The translations under genes and the position numbers were made by a program. Below the pieces are notes generated by a model. That model was given only the letters and a program-made list of their open reading frames with translations, was not told the DNA's origin and searched no databases. 64,000 nucleotides of DNA from Patescibacteria group bacterium. Lineage in GTDB: Bacteria; Patescibacteriota; Minisyncoccia; Minisyncoccales; UBA10102. The stretch lies in assembly GCA_022563395.1 (NCBI GenBank), contig JADFNM010000001.1, positions 83,891-147,890 on the forward strand, read 5' to 3'. Below are positions 27,116 to 35,183 of this stretch, piece by piece. Numbering within the stretch: position 1 is the first letter of the stretch; the number at the start of each line of letters is the position of its first letter.

Positions 27116-27796
27116 ATGAAACCCATCATCATTGCAAACTGGAAAATGAATCCAGGTACTCTCAGGCAGGCAAAAACCTTGTTTTCTGCTGCACAGAAGG
27201 CAGCAAGATCAGGAAAGGTAGAAGTTGTGGTGTGTCCTCCTTATCCCTATCTTGCGGCCCTGCGCCAGATGACAAAAAAAGTTGCCCTGGGGGCTCAGAA
27301 TTGTTCCTGGGAGGACAAAGGTCCTCTCACGGGAGAGGTTTCCGCAAAGCAGCTCAAGGATATTGGATGCAGGTATGTCATTATAGGACATTCAGAACGA
27401 AAGAAGTACTTAGCTGAAACGTTGGGCATGACACGAGCGAAAGTCCAAGCTGCTTTAAGAGCGGGATTGAGTGTTATCTTGTGCGTTGAGAATGCGAGAG
27501 AGCTTCAGATGATAATGAAAAAAACCAAGAGTTTTAAAAACATTCTGGTGGTGTTTGAGCCGTCTTCTGCAATCAGCACGCAGGGAGGTACGCGTGTTAC
27601 GCCAGAAGATATTGCAAACATGGTTCAGACAATGAAAAAGGTGGCAGGAAGAAACGTTCCCGTATTGTACGGAGGGAGCGTGGATGCAAAAACCATCCGG
27701 CATATTCTCTTGCTGGGAAAGGTGCAGGGAGCTTTGGTGGGAGCTGCTTCCTTGGAGCCAAAGGAATTTGCCACCCTTGTCAAAAATGCGCTTTAA
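27116..27796 (+). CDS. tpiA: Triosephosphate isomerase
   Basis: IIANWKMN, IIGHSERK, YGGSV motifs. Confidence 0.92.
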   Translation: MKPIIIANWKMNPGTLRQAKTLFSAAQKAARSGKVEVVVCPPYPYLAALRQMTKKVALGAQNCSWEDKGPLTGEVSAKQLKDIGCRYVIIGHSERKKYLAETLGMTRAKVQAALRAGLSVILCVENARELQMIMKKTKSFKNILVVFEPSSAISTQGGTRVTPEDIANMVQTMKKVAGRNVPVLYGGSVDAKTIRHILLLGKVQGALVGAASLEPKEFATLVKNAL

Positions 27797-27814
27797 GAGT
27801 ATACTGGGTAGATT

Positions 27815-28327
27815 ATGGATGTTATATCTCAAGGAACATTTTACAACCCCACAAAAGGCCAAATGGATTTACAAGGGGTTCTCAGAGAACTTATAGGGTA
27901 TCTCAAGGAAAAACCAGAACGCTCCTATGAAATTATTGTAGGATGCGATTCTTCTGCTGTGGAAGAGCCCACCTTTCCCGTGGTTATTGTTGTCTTGCGC
28001 AAAAAGGAAGGAGGCAGGTTCTTTTTAACCAAAGTGAGATACCCCGCACCCCGCAAGTTCTACAACATCCATGACCGGATTTTAGAAGAGGTGCTCTTGT
28101 CTTGTCAGCTTGCTTTGTGGTTGAGAGAGAACTTTGCTCTTAAAGCAGAAAAAGAAGATCTTAAGGTGCCCTATGAGCTTCAGTACATTCATGCTGATGT
28201 GGGAGAAAACGGTGTAACCAGAGACATGATTAAGGAGGTGACAGGACTCATTCGGGGCAATGGATTTACTCCAATGATAAAGCCCCGATCCTTTGCTGCC
28301 TCTAGTGTAGCTGACCGCTTTTCCTAA
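27815..28327 (+). CDS. YkuK/DUF458-like RNase H-fold protein
   Basis: IIVGCDSS... and IHADVGENGVT resemble DUF458 motifs. Confidence 0.55.
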   Translation: MDVISQGTFYNPTKGQMDLQGVLRELIGYLKEKPERSYEIIVGCDSSAVEEPTFPVVIVVLRKKEGGRFFLTKVRYPAPRKFYNIHDRILEEVLLSCQLALWLRENFALKAEKEDLKVPYELQYIHADVGENGVTRDMIKEVTGLIRGNGFTPMIKPRSFAASSVADRFS

Positions 28328-28331
28328 CATT

Positions 28332-28409
28332 GCCTAAATCTCATTTAAGCAATATCAATAGTGCCTAAATGAAATTAAGGATTCCTTAATTTCATTTAGG
28401 AGATATTCG
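28332..28409 (+). repeat. Intergenic repeat: reversed X2 unit + 37-nt palindrome A + tail
   Basis: GCCTAAATCTCATTTAAGC at 28332-28350, module A at 28364-28400, AGATATTCG at 28401-28409. Confidence 0.85.
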
Positions 28410-28419
28410 CTTTCGCCAT

Positions 28420-29106
28420 ATGGCTTCGCTCAAGCGCAACAGCAGTATTCTTGATTACCAGGAGTTTGTACGGCAGGTGTACGGTTTAAACAACGACCGC
28501 TACTTTAGCACTACAGACATTCTTACCCAGGTGCAGCGCTTTTGCATGCGCGGCCTTAAGGGAATCCGCAAGGGCGAGAGACAAAAGACAACACTCAATT
28601 TTTTGATTGCCCTCTGCTGGTTTATGTCTTTAATGAATCAGTTGCATATTGATCTCGCAGCTGCAACTTGGCAAAGGTTTCCCAGCCTCTGTTCATACTG
28701 CGGGAGTTGTCCGTGTGTTTGCAAAAAACAGAAGGTAAAGAAACGAAAAAGGGTTATAGCAAGAAACGGCAAGAAGCCAAAAACCATTGCAGAGTTTCAG
28801 CGCATGTTCTCTGTTATTTATCCTAAAGAGAGTAGAACCCTTGAACATGCGGGTATCCATCTGGGAGAGGAAATGGGGGAGCTGGCCGAAGCAGTGTTGG
28901 CATACCGAGGGGGAAGGAATGAAGAGGACTTTGAAAAAGTAGCTGAAGAGGGCGCAGATTTTCTTTCCTGCCTGTTTGGTGTATGTAATTCATGGGATAT
29001 TGAGGTTGCAAAGGAGCTTGCAGCAATGTTTCCTGAGAACTGCCATGTGTGCAAAAAGGCTCCATGCGAGTGTAGTTTTCAGTCCATCACCGATTTTAAG
29101 TCCTAA
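28420..29106 (+). CDS. MazG-like NTP pyrophosphohydrolase-domain protein with Cys knuckles
   Basis: HLGEEMGELAEAV...EEGADFL has MazG-type EExxE/D spacing. It carries CSYCGSCPCVC and CHVCKKAPCEC motifs. Confidence 0.55.
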   Translation: MASLKRNSSILDYQEFVRQVYGLNNDRYFSTTDILTQVQRFCMRGLKGIRKGERQKTTLNFLIALCWFMSLMNQLHIDLAAATWQRFPSLCSYCGSCPCVCKKQKVKKRKRVIARNGKKPKTIAEFQRMFSVIYPKESRTLEHAGIHLGEEMGELAEAVLAYRGGRNEEDFEKVAEEGADFLSCLFGVCNSWDIEVAKELAAMFPENCHVCKKAPCECSFQSITDFKS

Positions 29107-29145
29107 AAAGTTATTCACATTGACGAAAAATCTTAGCCAATAATT

Positions 29146-29263
29146 CCTTAATGAAATTAAGGATTCCTAAATTTCATTAAGGAGATATGCGAAGAACCAT
29201 TAGCTCCTAAACGAGATTTAAGCAAGCCAAAGAATCGCTAGGAAGGCGGTTTTTTGATAGGAT
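29146..29263 (+). repeat. Full composite intergenic repeat
   Basis: An A variant at 29146-29182, AGATATGCG at 29183-29191, CCTAAACGAGATTTAAG at 29206-29222, GGCGGTTTTTTGATAGGAT at 29245-29263. Confidence 0.85.
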
Positions 29264-29270
29264 AGAGTGG

Positions 29271-31109
29271 ATGAGTAAAGAGAATAAGAAAGTTGAGTTC
29301 CCATTATTAGTATATGACGGAGATTGCACATTTTGTCGCGCATGGGTTGATTACTGGAAAAGTTTAACAGGAGATAGAGTTGCATATGCTCCTTTTCAAG
29401 AGGTAGCAGAACAGTTTCCAACAATCCCCCTCAAGGAATTTAAAAATTCGGTTCAGCTCATTACTCCAAAAGGAAAGATATACAGTGGAGCTCATGGGGT
29501 ATTTCGTACCTTGGCCTTGGGTAAGGCAGTAAAGTGGCTGCTTTTTATGTATCTTAGGGTTCCTGGTTTTGCATTCTTTTCTGAACTCTTTTACAGGATT
29601 ATTGCACGTCACCGCGGTCTTGCCTATTTTTTAACGAAAGTTTTTTGGGGAAAGCAGCTTATCCGTCCCTCATACATTCTTGTTCGGTGGCTCTTTTTTA
29701 GACTCTTCGGAGTCGTTTACCTTACTGCATTTATCTCGCTCTTCCTGCAGTTGTCGGGTCTTGTGGGGAGCAATGGCATTTTGCCTGCCAGCAATTTTTT
29801 GGAGGTACTGATAGATAATCTGGGACCCAAAGCCTTTTGGTTTTTTCCTACGGTAGCCTGGTTGAATGTAAGCGATCTATTTTTGCACCTGGTAGCCCTT
29901 GTGGGCGCAGTTTTATCACTCCTTCTTATCTTTGGGATAACCCGTACTCGTCTGTTGGCTGCCCTCTGGTTTTTGTATTTATCTCTTTTTACAGTTGGGC
30001 AGGTCTTTTTGTCATTTCAGTGGGATATTTTACTTTTGGAGGTAGGGTTCTTGGCCATACTCTTGACCCTGTCTCAAAATGTTATCTGGCTGTTTCGTTG
30101 GCTGTTGTTTAAATTTATCCTGATGTCTGGCGCAGTCAAGCTCTTAAGCGGGGATATTATCTGGAGAAATTTTACTGCCCTCAATTTTCATTATCAAACA
30201 CAACCCCTCCCAACTCCTTTTGCCTGGTATATGCACCAGCTCCCAGAATGGTTTCAAAAGTTTTCCGTTGGTTTTACGTTTTTTGTGGAACTTGGGATTG
30301 TGTTTTTGATTTTTGCACCCCGTCGCCTCAGACTCGTTGCAGCCTTTTTTATCGCAGGCAGCCAAGTCTTGATACTTTTGACCGGAAACTACACCTTCTT
30401 TAACTTCCTCACCATTATTCTTTGTGTGTTTTTACTTGACGACGCTTTTCTCAGCCGTATCTCTCCAAAGAAGTTTGCAGAAAGAATTGTCAAACGTTTT
30501 TCTCCACGAATCATACCGGGCCCCGGACAAGTTGCTTTAGCAACCATTGCCTTTGTCCTTGTGTTCTTCAGTATTCTTCAGATGACCCTCATGTTTTCTG
30601 GTTCCTTGCCAAGCTCAGCTCAAGGTATGTTGCGCATTATGCAACCTTTTCACATTGTGAATACCTATGGGCTGTTTGCAGTCATGACTACCTCAAGGCC
30701 AGAACTCATTATTGAGGGCTCCAATGATGGAGAGCACTGGCAAGAGTATGAATTCAAGTATAAACCAGGCGATCTGAGAAAACCACCTGGCTTCGTAGCT
30801 CCTCACCAGCCTCGTTTAGATTGGCAAATGTGGTTTGCGGCATTACATGCACAAAGAGCTTTGGAAAGTGGCATAGAAGAGGGGAGGTATAATCTATGGT
30901 TTGTAAACTTTATGGTTAGGCTACTGCAAGATTCTCCGCAGGTCTTAAAACTCTTGGCCAAAAACCCCTTTCCTGAATCTCCGCCACGCTATGTAAGAGC
31001 ATTGTTGTATGAGTACCAATTCACTGATTTTGATACGAAGAAGCGAGAGGGTACGTGGTGGAAAAGGGAATTGAAAGAAATATATCTTCCTTCTTTATCA
31101 TTGCAATGA
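29271..31109 (+). CDS. Fusion protein: DCC-type thiol-disulfide oxidoreductase (DUF393) + lipase-maturation-factor (LMF) family membrane domain
   Basis: N-terminus has VYDGDCTFCRAWV (DUF393). The rest is polytopic, with HQPRLDWQMWFAAL typical of LMF. Confidence 0.7.
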   Translation: MSKENKKVEFPLLVYDGDCTFCRAWVDYWKSLTGDRVAYAPFQEVAEQFPTIPLKEFKNSVQLITPKGKIYSGAHGVFRTLALGKAVKWLLFMYLRVPGFAFFSELFYRIIARHRGLAYFLTKVFWGKQLIRPSYILVRWLFFRLFGVVYLTAFISLFLQLSGLVGSNGILPASNFLEVLIDNLGPKAFWFFPTVAWLNVSDLFLHLVALVGAVLSLLLIFGITRTRLLAALWFLYLSLFTVGQVFLSFQWDILLLEVGFLAILLTLSQNVIWLFRWLLFKFILMSGAVKLLSGDIIWRNFTALNFHYQTQPLPTPFAWYMHQLPEWFQKFSVGFTFFVELGIVFLIFAPRRLRLVAAFFIAGSQVLILLTGNYTFFNFLTIILCVFLLDDAFLSRISPKKFAERIVKRFSPRIIPGPGQVALATIAFVLVFFSILQMTLMFSGSLPSSAQGMLRIMQPFHIVNTYGLFAVMTTSRPELIIEGSNDGEHWQEYEFKYKPGDLRKPPGFVAPHQPRLDWQMWFAALHAQRALESGIEEGRYNLWFVNFMVRLLQDSPQVLKLLAKNPFPESPPRYVRALLYEYQFTDFDTKKREGTWWKRELKEIYLPSLSLQ

Positions 31110-31189
31110 TTTTCTACAAGCATTTCATTAAGGTCTGCCTGCCGCAGGCAGGAAATATGCAAGGGAATCAGTAAAAAAAGTTATTCACA

Positions 31190-31217
31190 TTGACGAGAAA
31201 GCTTGCAAGCATATGAT
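31190..31217 (+). promoter_or_regulatory. Putative promoter TTGACG-16-TATGAT
   Basis: -35 at 31190-31195 lies inside the 26-nt direct repeat; -10 at 31212-31217. Confidence 0.5.
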
Positions 31218-31382
31218 GTAAAGAAGAGTACATGCCGGGGAGTGGTCGCCCCCTGCACCTTGATATTTCTCATCTTGAGAACATGCCAAAAAAGAAAAAA
31301 GGCAAGAAGAAAAAGAAATAATATTTTTCTTGGAACAAAAAGAGAGAGCTGCAAAGTTACTCTCTTTTTGTTATTATGGTGT

Positions 31383-32114
31383 ATGAGCGGTAAACTTCGT
31401 CTTGCTCTTCTCATATCTGGGGGTGGGAGTACAACGCAAGCAATTATCCGGGCCTCAAAATCAGGACAACTTGCGGTGCAGCCCGTTTGTGTAATTGCGA
31501 GCACGAATGAAGCGGGGGGAATTAAGCTGGCTCTCAAAGAAGAGATTGCGCCAAAAGACGTTCTTGTTCTCAAACCCGAGGAGTATGTTTCCCCCGAAGC
31601 ATTTGGGGAAGCAATCCTTGCTGCGTGCAGGGCACGAGGCGTAGATATCATTGGGCAATATGGCTGGATGCCAAGAACTCCAGCGAATGTGATTGCGGCT
31701 TTTTTGGGCAGGATGATAAACCAACATCCAGGGCCGCTTGATCCTGGAAGACCTGATTTCGGCGGGAGAGGAATGTTTGGAAGGCGTGTTCATGCAGCGC
31801 GTCTCTGGTTTGTGCGTAAAACCGGGCAAGACTTCTGGACGGAAGCAACAGCTCAATTGGTCGCAGAGCAGTTTGACAAGGGAGCGCTTCTAAAAACTCA
31901 ACGACTTAAGATTCTGCCCGATGATGATCCTAAACTCCTGCAAAGGCGCCTTCTTTCAGTGGAGCATGAAGTACAGATAGCAACACTCCAGGATTTTGCT
32001 CTGGGGCAGGTCAAAGTACTCTTGCCCCGTAAGTATCCTCTTGTGCCTCCCGACAAGGAATCTCTTTTGAAAGAGGCAAAACAGATTGCATGCGCCCGCT
32101 TCCCGCATGGATAG
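31383..32114 (+). CDS. Formyltransferase-family protein (PurN-like)
   Basis: LALLISGGGSTTQAII...INQHPGPL resembles GAR transformylase. I chose the ATG at 31383, because the ORF-track N-terminus covers the leader. Confidence 0.55.
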   Translation: MSGKLRLALLISGGGSTTQAIIRASKSGQLAVQPVCVIASTNEAGGIKLALKEEIAPKDVLVLKPEEYVSPEAFGEAILAACRARGVDIIGQYGWMPRTPANVIAAFLGRMINQHPGPLDPGRPDFGGRGMFGRRVHAARLWFVRKTGQDFWTEATAQLVAEQFDKGALLKTQRLKILPDDDPKLLQRRLLSVEHEVQIATLQDFALGQVKVLLPRKYPLVPPDKESLLKEAKQIACARFPHG

Positions 32115-32159
32115 TAGAAGAAGTGACAGCGGGTGCGTTTTATGGCATAATCAAAAACC

Positions 32160-33215
32160 ATGAACAGAAAGAAAAAGAAAGTATTTGTTGCAATGTCGGG
32201 CGGTGTGGATAGTTCGGTCGCTGCGGCTCTCTTGAAAAGAGCCGGTTTTAATGTTGTTGGAATATATATGAAGTGCTGGGTAGAAGGCTTAGCCTGTACG
32301 ACACAGGAAGACGAGCGCTCAGCAAGATTGGCTGCCCAGCATCTTGGTATTTCCTTTTATGTTTGGAACTTTATTGACCAATATAAAGAAAAAGTGGTGG
32401 AGTACATGCTCAAAGGATATGAGGCAGGAGTTACCCCCAACCCGGATATTATGTGCAACCGAGAAATCAAGTTTGGCCTGTTTTTCAAAAAGACAATGGA
32501 GCTGGGAGCAGACCATGTTGCTACCGGACACTACGTGAGGGTAAAGAAAAAGAATACAGGATATGCTCTACTGAAAGGGAAGGATTCAGACAAAGATCAG
32601 TCATACTTTTTGGCCATGATAAGCCCCAAGGTATTAGAAAAGACCTTGTTTCCTATCGGTGAATACACAAAGACCCAGGTACGGGCTTTTGCAAGAAAGA
32701 TTGGACTCCCCAATGCAGAGCGCAAAGATAGTCAGGGTATATGTTTTGTGGGAAAGGTAGAGATTGGGGATTTTTTGCGTTTGCACATCCCGCAAAAAGC
32801 AGGTGTCATTGTTTCTTCTTCTGGTGAGGTCTTGGGAGAGCATGACGGCGCCCATTATTATACCTTAGGACAGCGACAGGGTCTTGGATTGGCTGGTGGG
32901 CCTTACTATGTTGCGAAAAAGGATATTGAAACCAATACCCTACAGGTAACGAGGGAAGAACAGGATATTATGACATCCGAGCTTTTGGTAAAGAATGTGA
33001 ACTGGTTTTTGCCTCTCAAGGAAAAGACTGGTATTTCGGCGAAGTTTCGTTATCGACAAGAGGATGTTTTTGTAACCATTGAAGAACTCAAAGATGGTTC
33101 AATTCGAGTAATCCCAGAAGTTCCCCAGCGAGCCATTACTCCGGGGCAATTTGCGGTGTTTTACCATGGAGAGGAGCTTTTAGGCGGTGGAGTTATCTTT
33201 ACCGAAGTGATATAG
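32160..33215 (+). CDS. mnmA: tRNA 2-thiouridine(34) synthase
   Basis: VAMSGGVDSSVAA PP-loop, 351 aa. Confidence 0.93.
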   Translation: MNRKKKKVFVAMSGGVDSSVAAALLKRAGFNVVGIYMKCWVEGLACTTQEDERSARLAAQHLGISFYVWNFIDQYKEKVVEYMLKGYEAGVTPNPDIMCNREIKFGLFFKKTMELGADHVATGHYVRVKKKNTGYALLKGKDSDKDQSYFLAMISPKVLEKTLFPIGEYTKTQVRAFARKIGLPNAERKDSQGICFVGKVEIGDFLRLHIPQKAGVIVSSSGEVLGEHDGAHYYTLGQRQGLGLAGGPYYVAKKDIETNTLQVTREEQDIMTSELLVKNVNWFLPLKEKTGISAKFRYRQEDVFVTIEELKDGSIRVIPEVPQRAITPGQFAVFYHGEELLGGGVIFTEVI

Positions 33216-33223
33216 TTTGCCAT

Positions 33224-35044
33224 ATGGGGGCAAACGAGATACGAGAAAAGTATCTGAACTTTTTTAAAGAGCGGGGGCACAGCATTATTCCCTCTTCTTC
33301 TTTAGTTCCAGAAAATGATCCCACCACCTTGTTTGTGGGTTCTGGCATGCAGCCGCTGATTCCCTACCTTTTGGGCGTAAAGCACCCCATGGGCTCTCGT
33401 CTGGTAAACTCACAAAAGAGTTTTCGGGCAGAAGACATAGAAGAGGTGGGCGACAATCGCCACACCACTTTTTTTGAGATGCTCGGGAACTGGTCGCTGG
33501 GCGACTATTTTAAGGAAGAACAGCTTTCTTGGTTTTTCTCTTTTTTAACAGATGAGATGGGCTTGGACCCTCAAAAACTCTACGTCACCGTGTTTTCTGG
33601 AGACACAGAGAACAATATTCCCAAAGACGAGGAGTCCATTGCCATTTTAAAACGCCTATTTCAAGAAAGGGGGATTGAGGCAAAGGAGGGGGAGCGCATC
33701 TTTGCCTATGGGGTCGAAAAAAACTGGTGGAGCAGATCAGGAATCCCTTCCAATATGCCAGTAGGTGAGCCGGGAGGCCCTGATTCTGAGGTTTTTTACG
33801 ACTTTGGCACTCCACATGATATAAGGTATGGCGAAAAGTGTCATCCAAACTGCGACTGTGGAAGGTTCCTTGAAATAGGGAACTCCGTATTTATGGAATA
33901 CAAAAAGAAGGACGACGGGAGTTTTGAAAAACTCAAACAGCGCAACGTAGACTTTGGCGGGGGATTGGAAAGGATTACGGCTGCAGTGAACAATGAGCCA
34001 GATGTATTCAAGGGAGATCTACTATTTCCTCTCATTCAAAAAGCAGCAGAGCTTTCTGGCAGGAGCTACGAGAAACACGTCAATTCTTTTCGCGTCATTG
34101 CAGATCATGTGAGAGGAGCTGCCTTTATGATTGGAGATGGCGTTATTCCTTCTAATACAGAGCGCGGATATATTGTTAGAAGATTGCTTCGCCGTGCAGT
34201 GCGCCACGCTGATTTAATAGGAATGGAAGAGGGAAATCTGGCCCTGTTCGTCGATCCTTTACTTGCCGCATATCAAAAAGTATACCCCGAGGTTGCAGAA
34301 CGCAGAGAAGAGATTGTGCAGCATATCCAAGAAGAGGAAAAGAGGTTTCGCATCACTCTTCAAAATGGATTGAAGGAATTTGAGAAACTTTCTGGAAACA
34401 ATATTTCTGGCAAGGAGGCTTTTGACCTCTATCAGACCTATGGATTTCCTCTCGACGTTACCCTAGAGCTTGCAAGGGAAAAAGGAGTTACGGTAGATAC
34501 TACAAGTTTTGAGCAAGAGTTTTTAAAGCATCAAGAAGTTTCCCGGACTGCAGCAGCAGGAAGGTTTAAAGGAGGTCTTGCTGATACCTCCTATGAAACA
34601 ACAAAACTTCATACCACAAACCATTTATTGCTTGCGGCTCTCCGCAAAGTACTTGGGCAAAACGTGCACCAGCGGGGAAGCAACATTACGGCAGAACGCA
34701 TCCGCCTGGATTTCTCTCATGGGCAAAAGATGACTCCAGAGGAGATACAACAGGTTGAGGATTTGACGAATGAAAAAATTCAAGAGGGTCTGGATATGGT
34801 CAGAAAAGAAATGTCAAAAGAGGAAGCAGTAAAATTGGGGGCCGAAATGGAGTTTGGGATAAAGTATGGAGATGTGGTGTCTGTGTATGTCGCACAAGAT
34901 AAAAAAGGGAATGTATTTTCCAAAGAGTTTTGTGGTGGGCCCCATGTGAAAAGTACCTCAGAGCTCGGCAAGTTTAGAGTTGTGAAGGAAGAGGCAGTCT
35001 CTGCTGGCGTGCGCCGCATCCGCGCAGTATTAGAACCTAAATGA
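33224..35044 (+). CDS. alaS: Alanine--tRNA ligase, short form (606 aa, no C-Ala/DHHA1 region)
   Basis: IREKYLNFFKERGH...FVGSGMQP, editing HxxxH (HTTNHLL) and CGGPHV. Confidence 0.92.
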   Translation: MGANEIREKYLNFFKERGHSIIPSSSLVPENDPTTLFVGSGMQPLIPYLLGVKHPMGSRLVNSQKSFRAEDIEEVGDNRHTTFFEMLGNWSLGDYFKEEQLSWFFSFLTDEMGLDPQKLYVTVFSGDTENNIPKDEESIAILKRLFQERGIEAKEGERIFAYGVEKNWWSRSGIPSNMPVGEPGGPDSEVFYDFGTPHDIRYGEKCHPNCDCGRFLEIGNSVFMEYKKKDDGSFEKLKQRNVDFGGGLERITAAVNNEPDVFKGDLLFPLIQKAAELSGRSYEKHVNSFRVIADHVRGAAFMIGDGVIPSNTERGYIVRRLLRRAVRHADLIGMEEGNLALFVDPLLAAYQKVYPEVAERREEIVQHIQEEEKRFRITLQNGLKEFEKLSGNNISGKEAFDLYQTYGFPLDVTLELAREKGVTVDTTSFEQEFLKHQEVSRTAAAGRFKGGLADTSYETTKLHTTNHLLLAALRKVLGQNVHQRGSNITAERIRLDFSHGQKMTPEEIQQVEDLTNEKIQEGLDMVRKEMSKEEAVKLGAEMEFGIKYGDVVSVYVAQDKKGNVFSKEFCGGPHVKSTSELGKFRVVKEEAVSAGVRRIRAVLEPK

Positions 35045-35141
35045 AATTAAGGAATCCTTAATTTCATTTAGGAGATATGTGGAGAACCAGTAGCTCCTAA
35101 ACGAGATTTAAGCAAACCAAAGAATCGCTAGAGGGATGGTG
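35036..35141 (+). repeat. Composite intergenic repeat overlapping the alaS stop codon
   Basis: Module A at 35036-35072 includes CCT AAA TGA of alaS. AGATATGTG at 35073-35081, X2 at 35096-35112, and a degenerate third module. Confidence 0.85.
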
Positions 35142-35148
35142 ATTACTA

Positions 35149-35177
35149 TTGATGAATTTCTCGATTTACTCTAGAAT
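35149..35177 (+). promoter_or_regulatory. Promoter TTGATG-17-TAGAAT, 6 nt before ATG 35184
   Basis: Hexamers at 35149-35154 and 35172-35177. Confidence 0.55.
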
Positions 35178-35183
35178 AGGACT

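Noticed and set aside
27100-27417. 105-aa ORF overlapping the tpiA start in another frame, plus similar alternative-frame ORFs (e.g. 2741-3223, 9101-9400, 15940-16197)
   Set aside because: They overlap strongly supported genes in the same orientation but a different frame, and have no motifs of their own.
31203-31382. N-terminal 60 codons of the ORF-track ORF 31203-32114
   Set aside because: This stretch covers the promoter, the poly-A/Lys tract and the hairpin. The translated sequence is low-complexity and non-homologous. The formyltransferase homology begins at the ATG at 31383.
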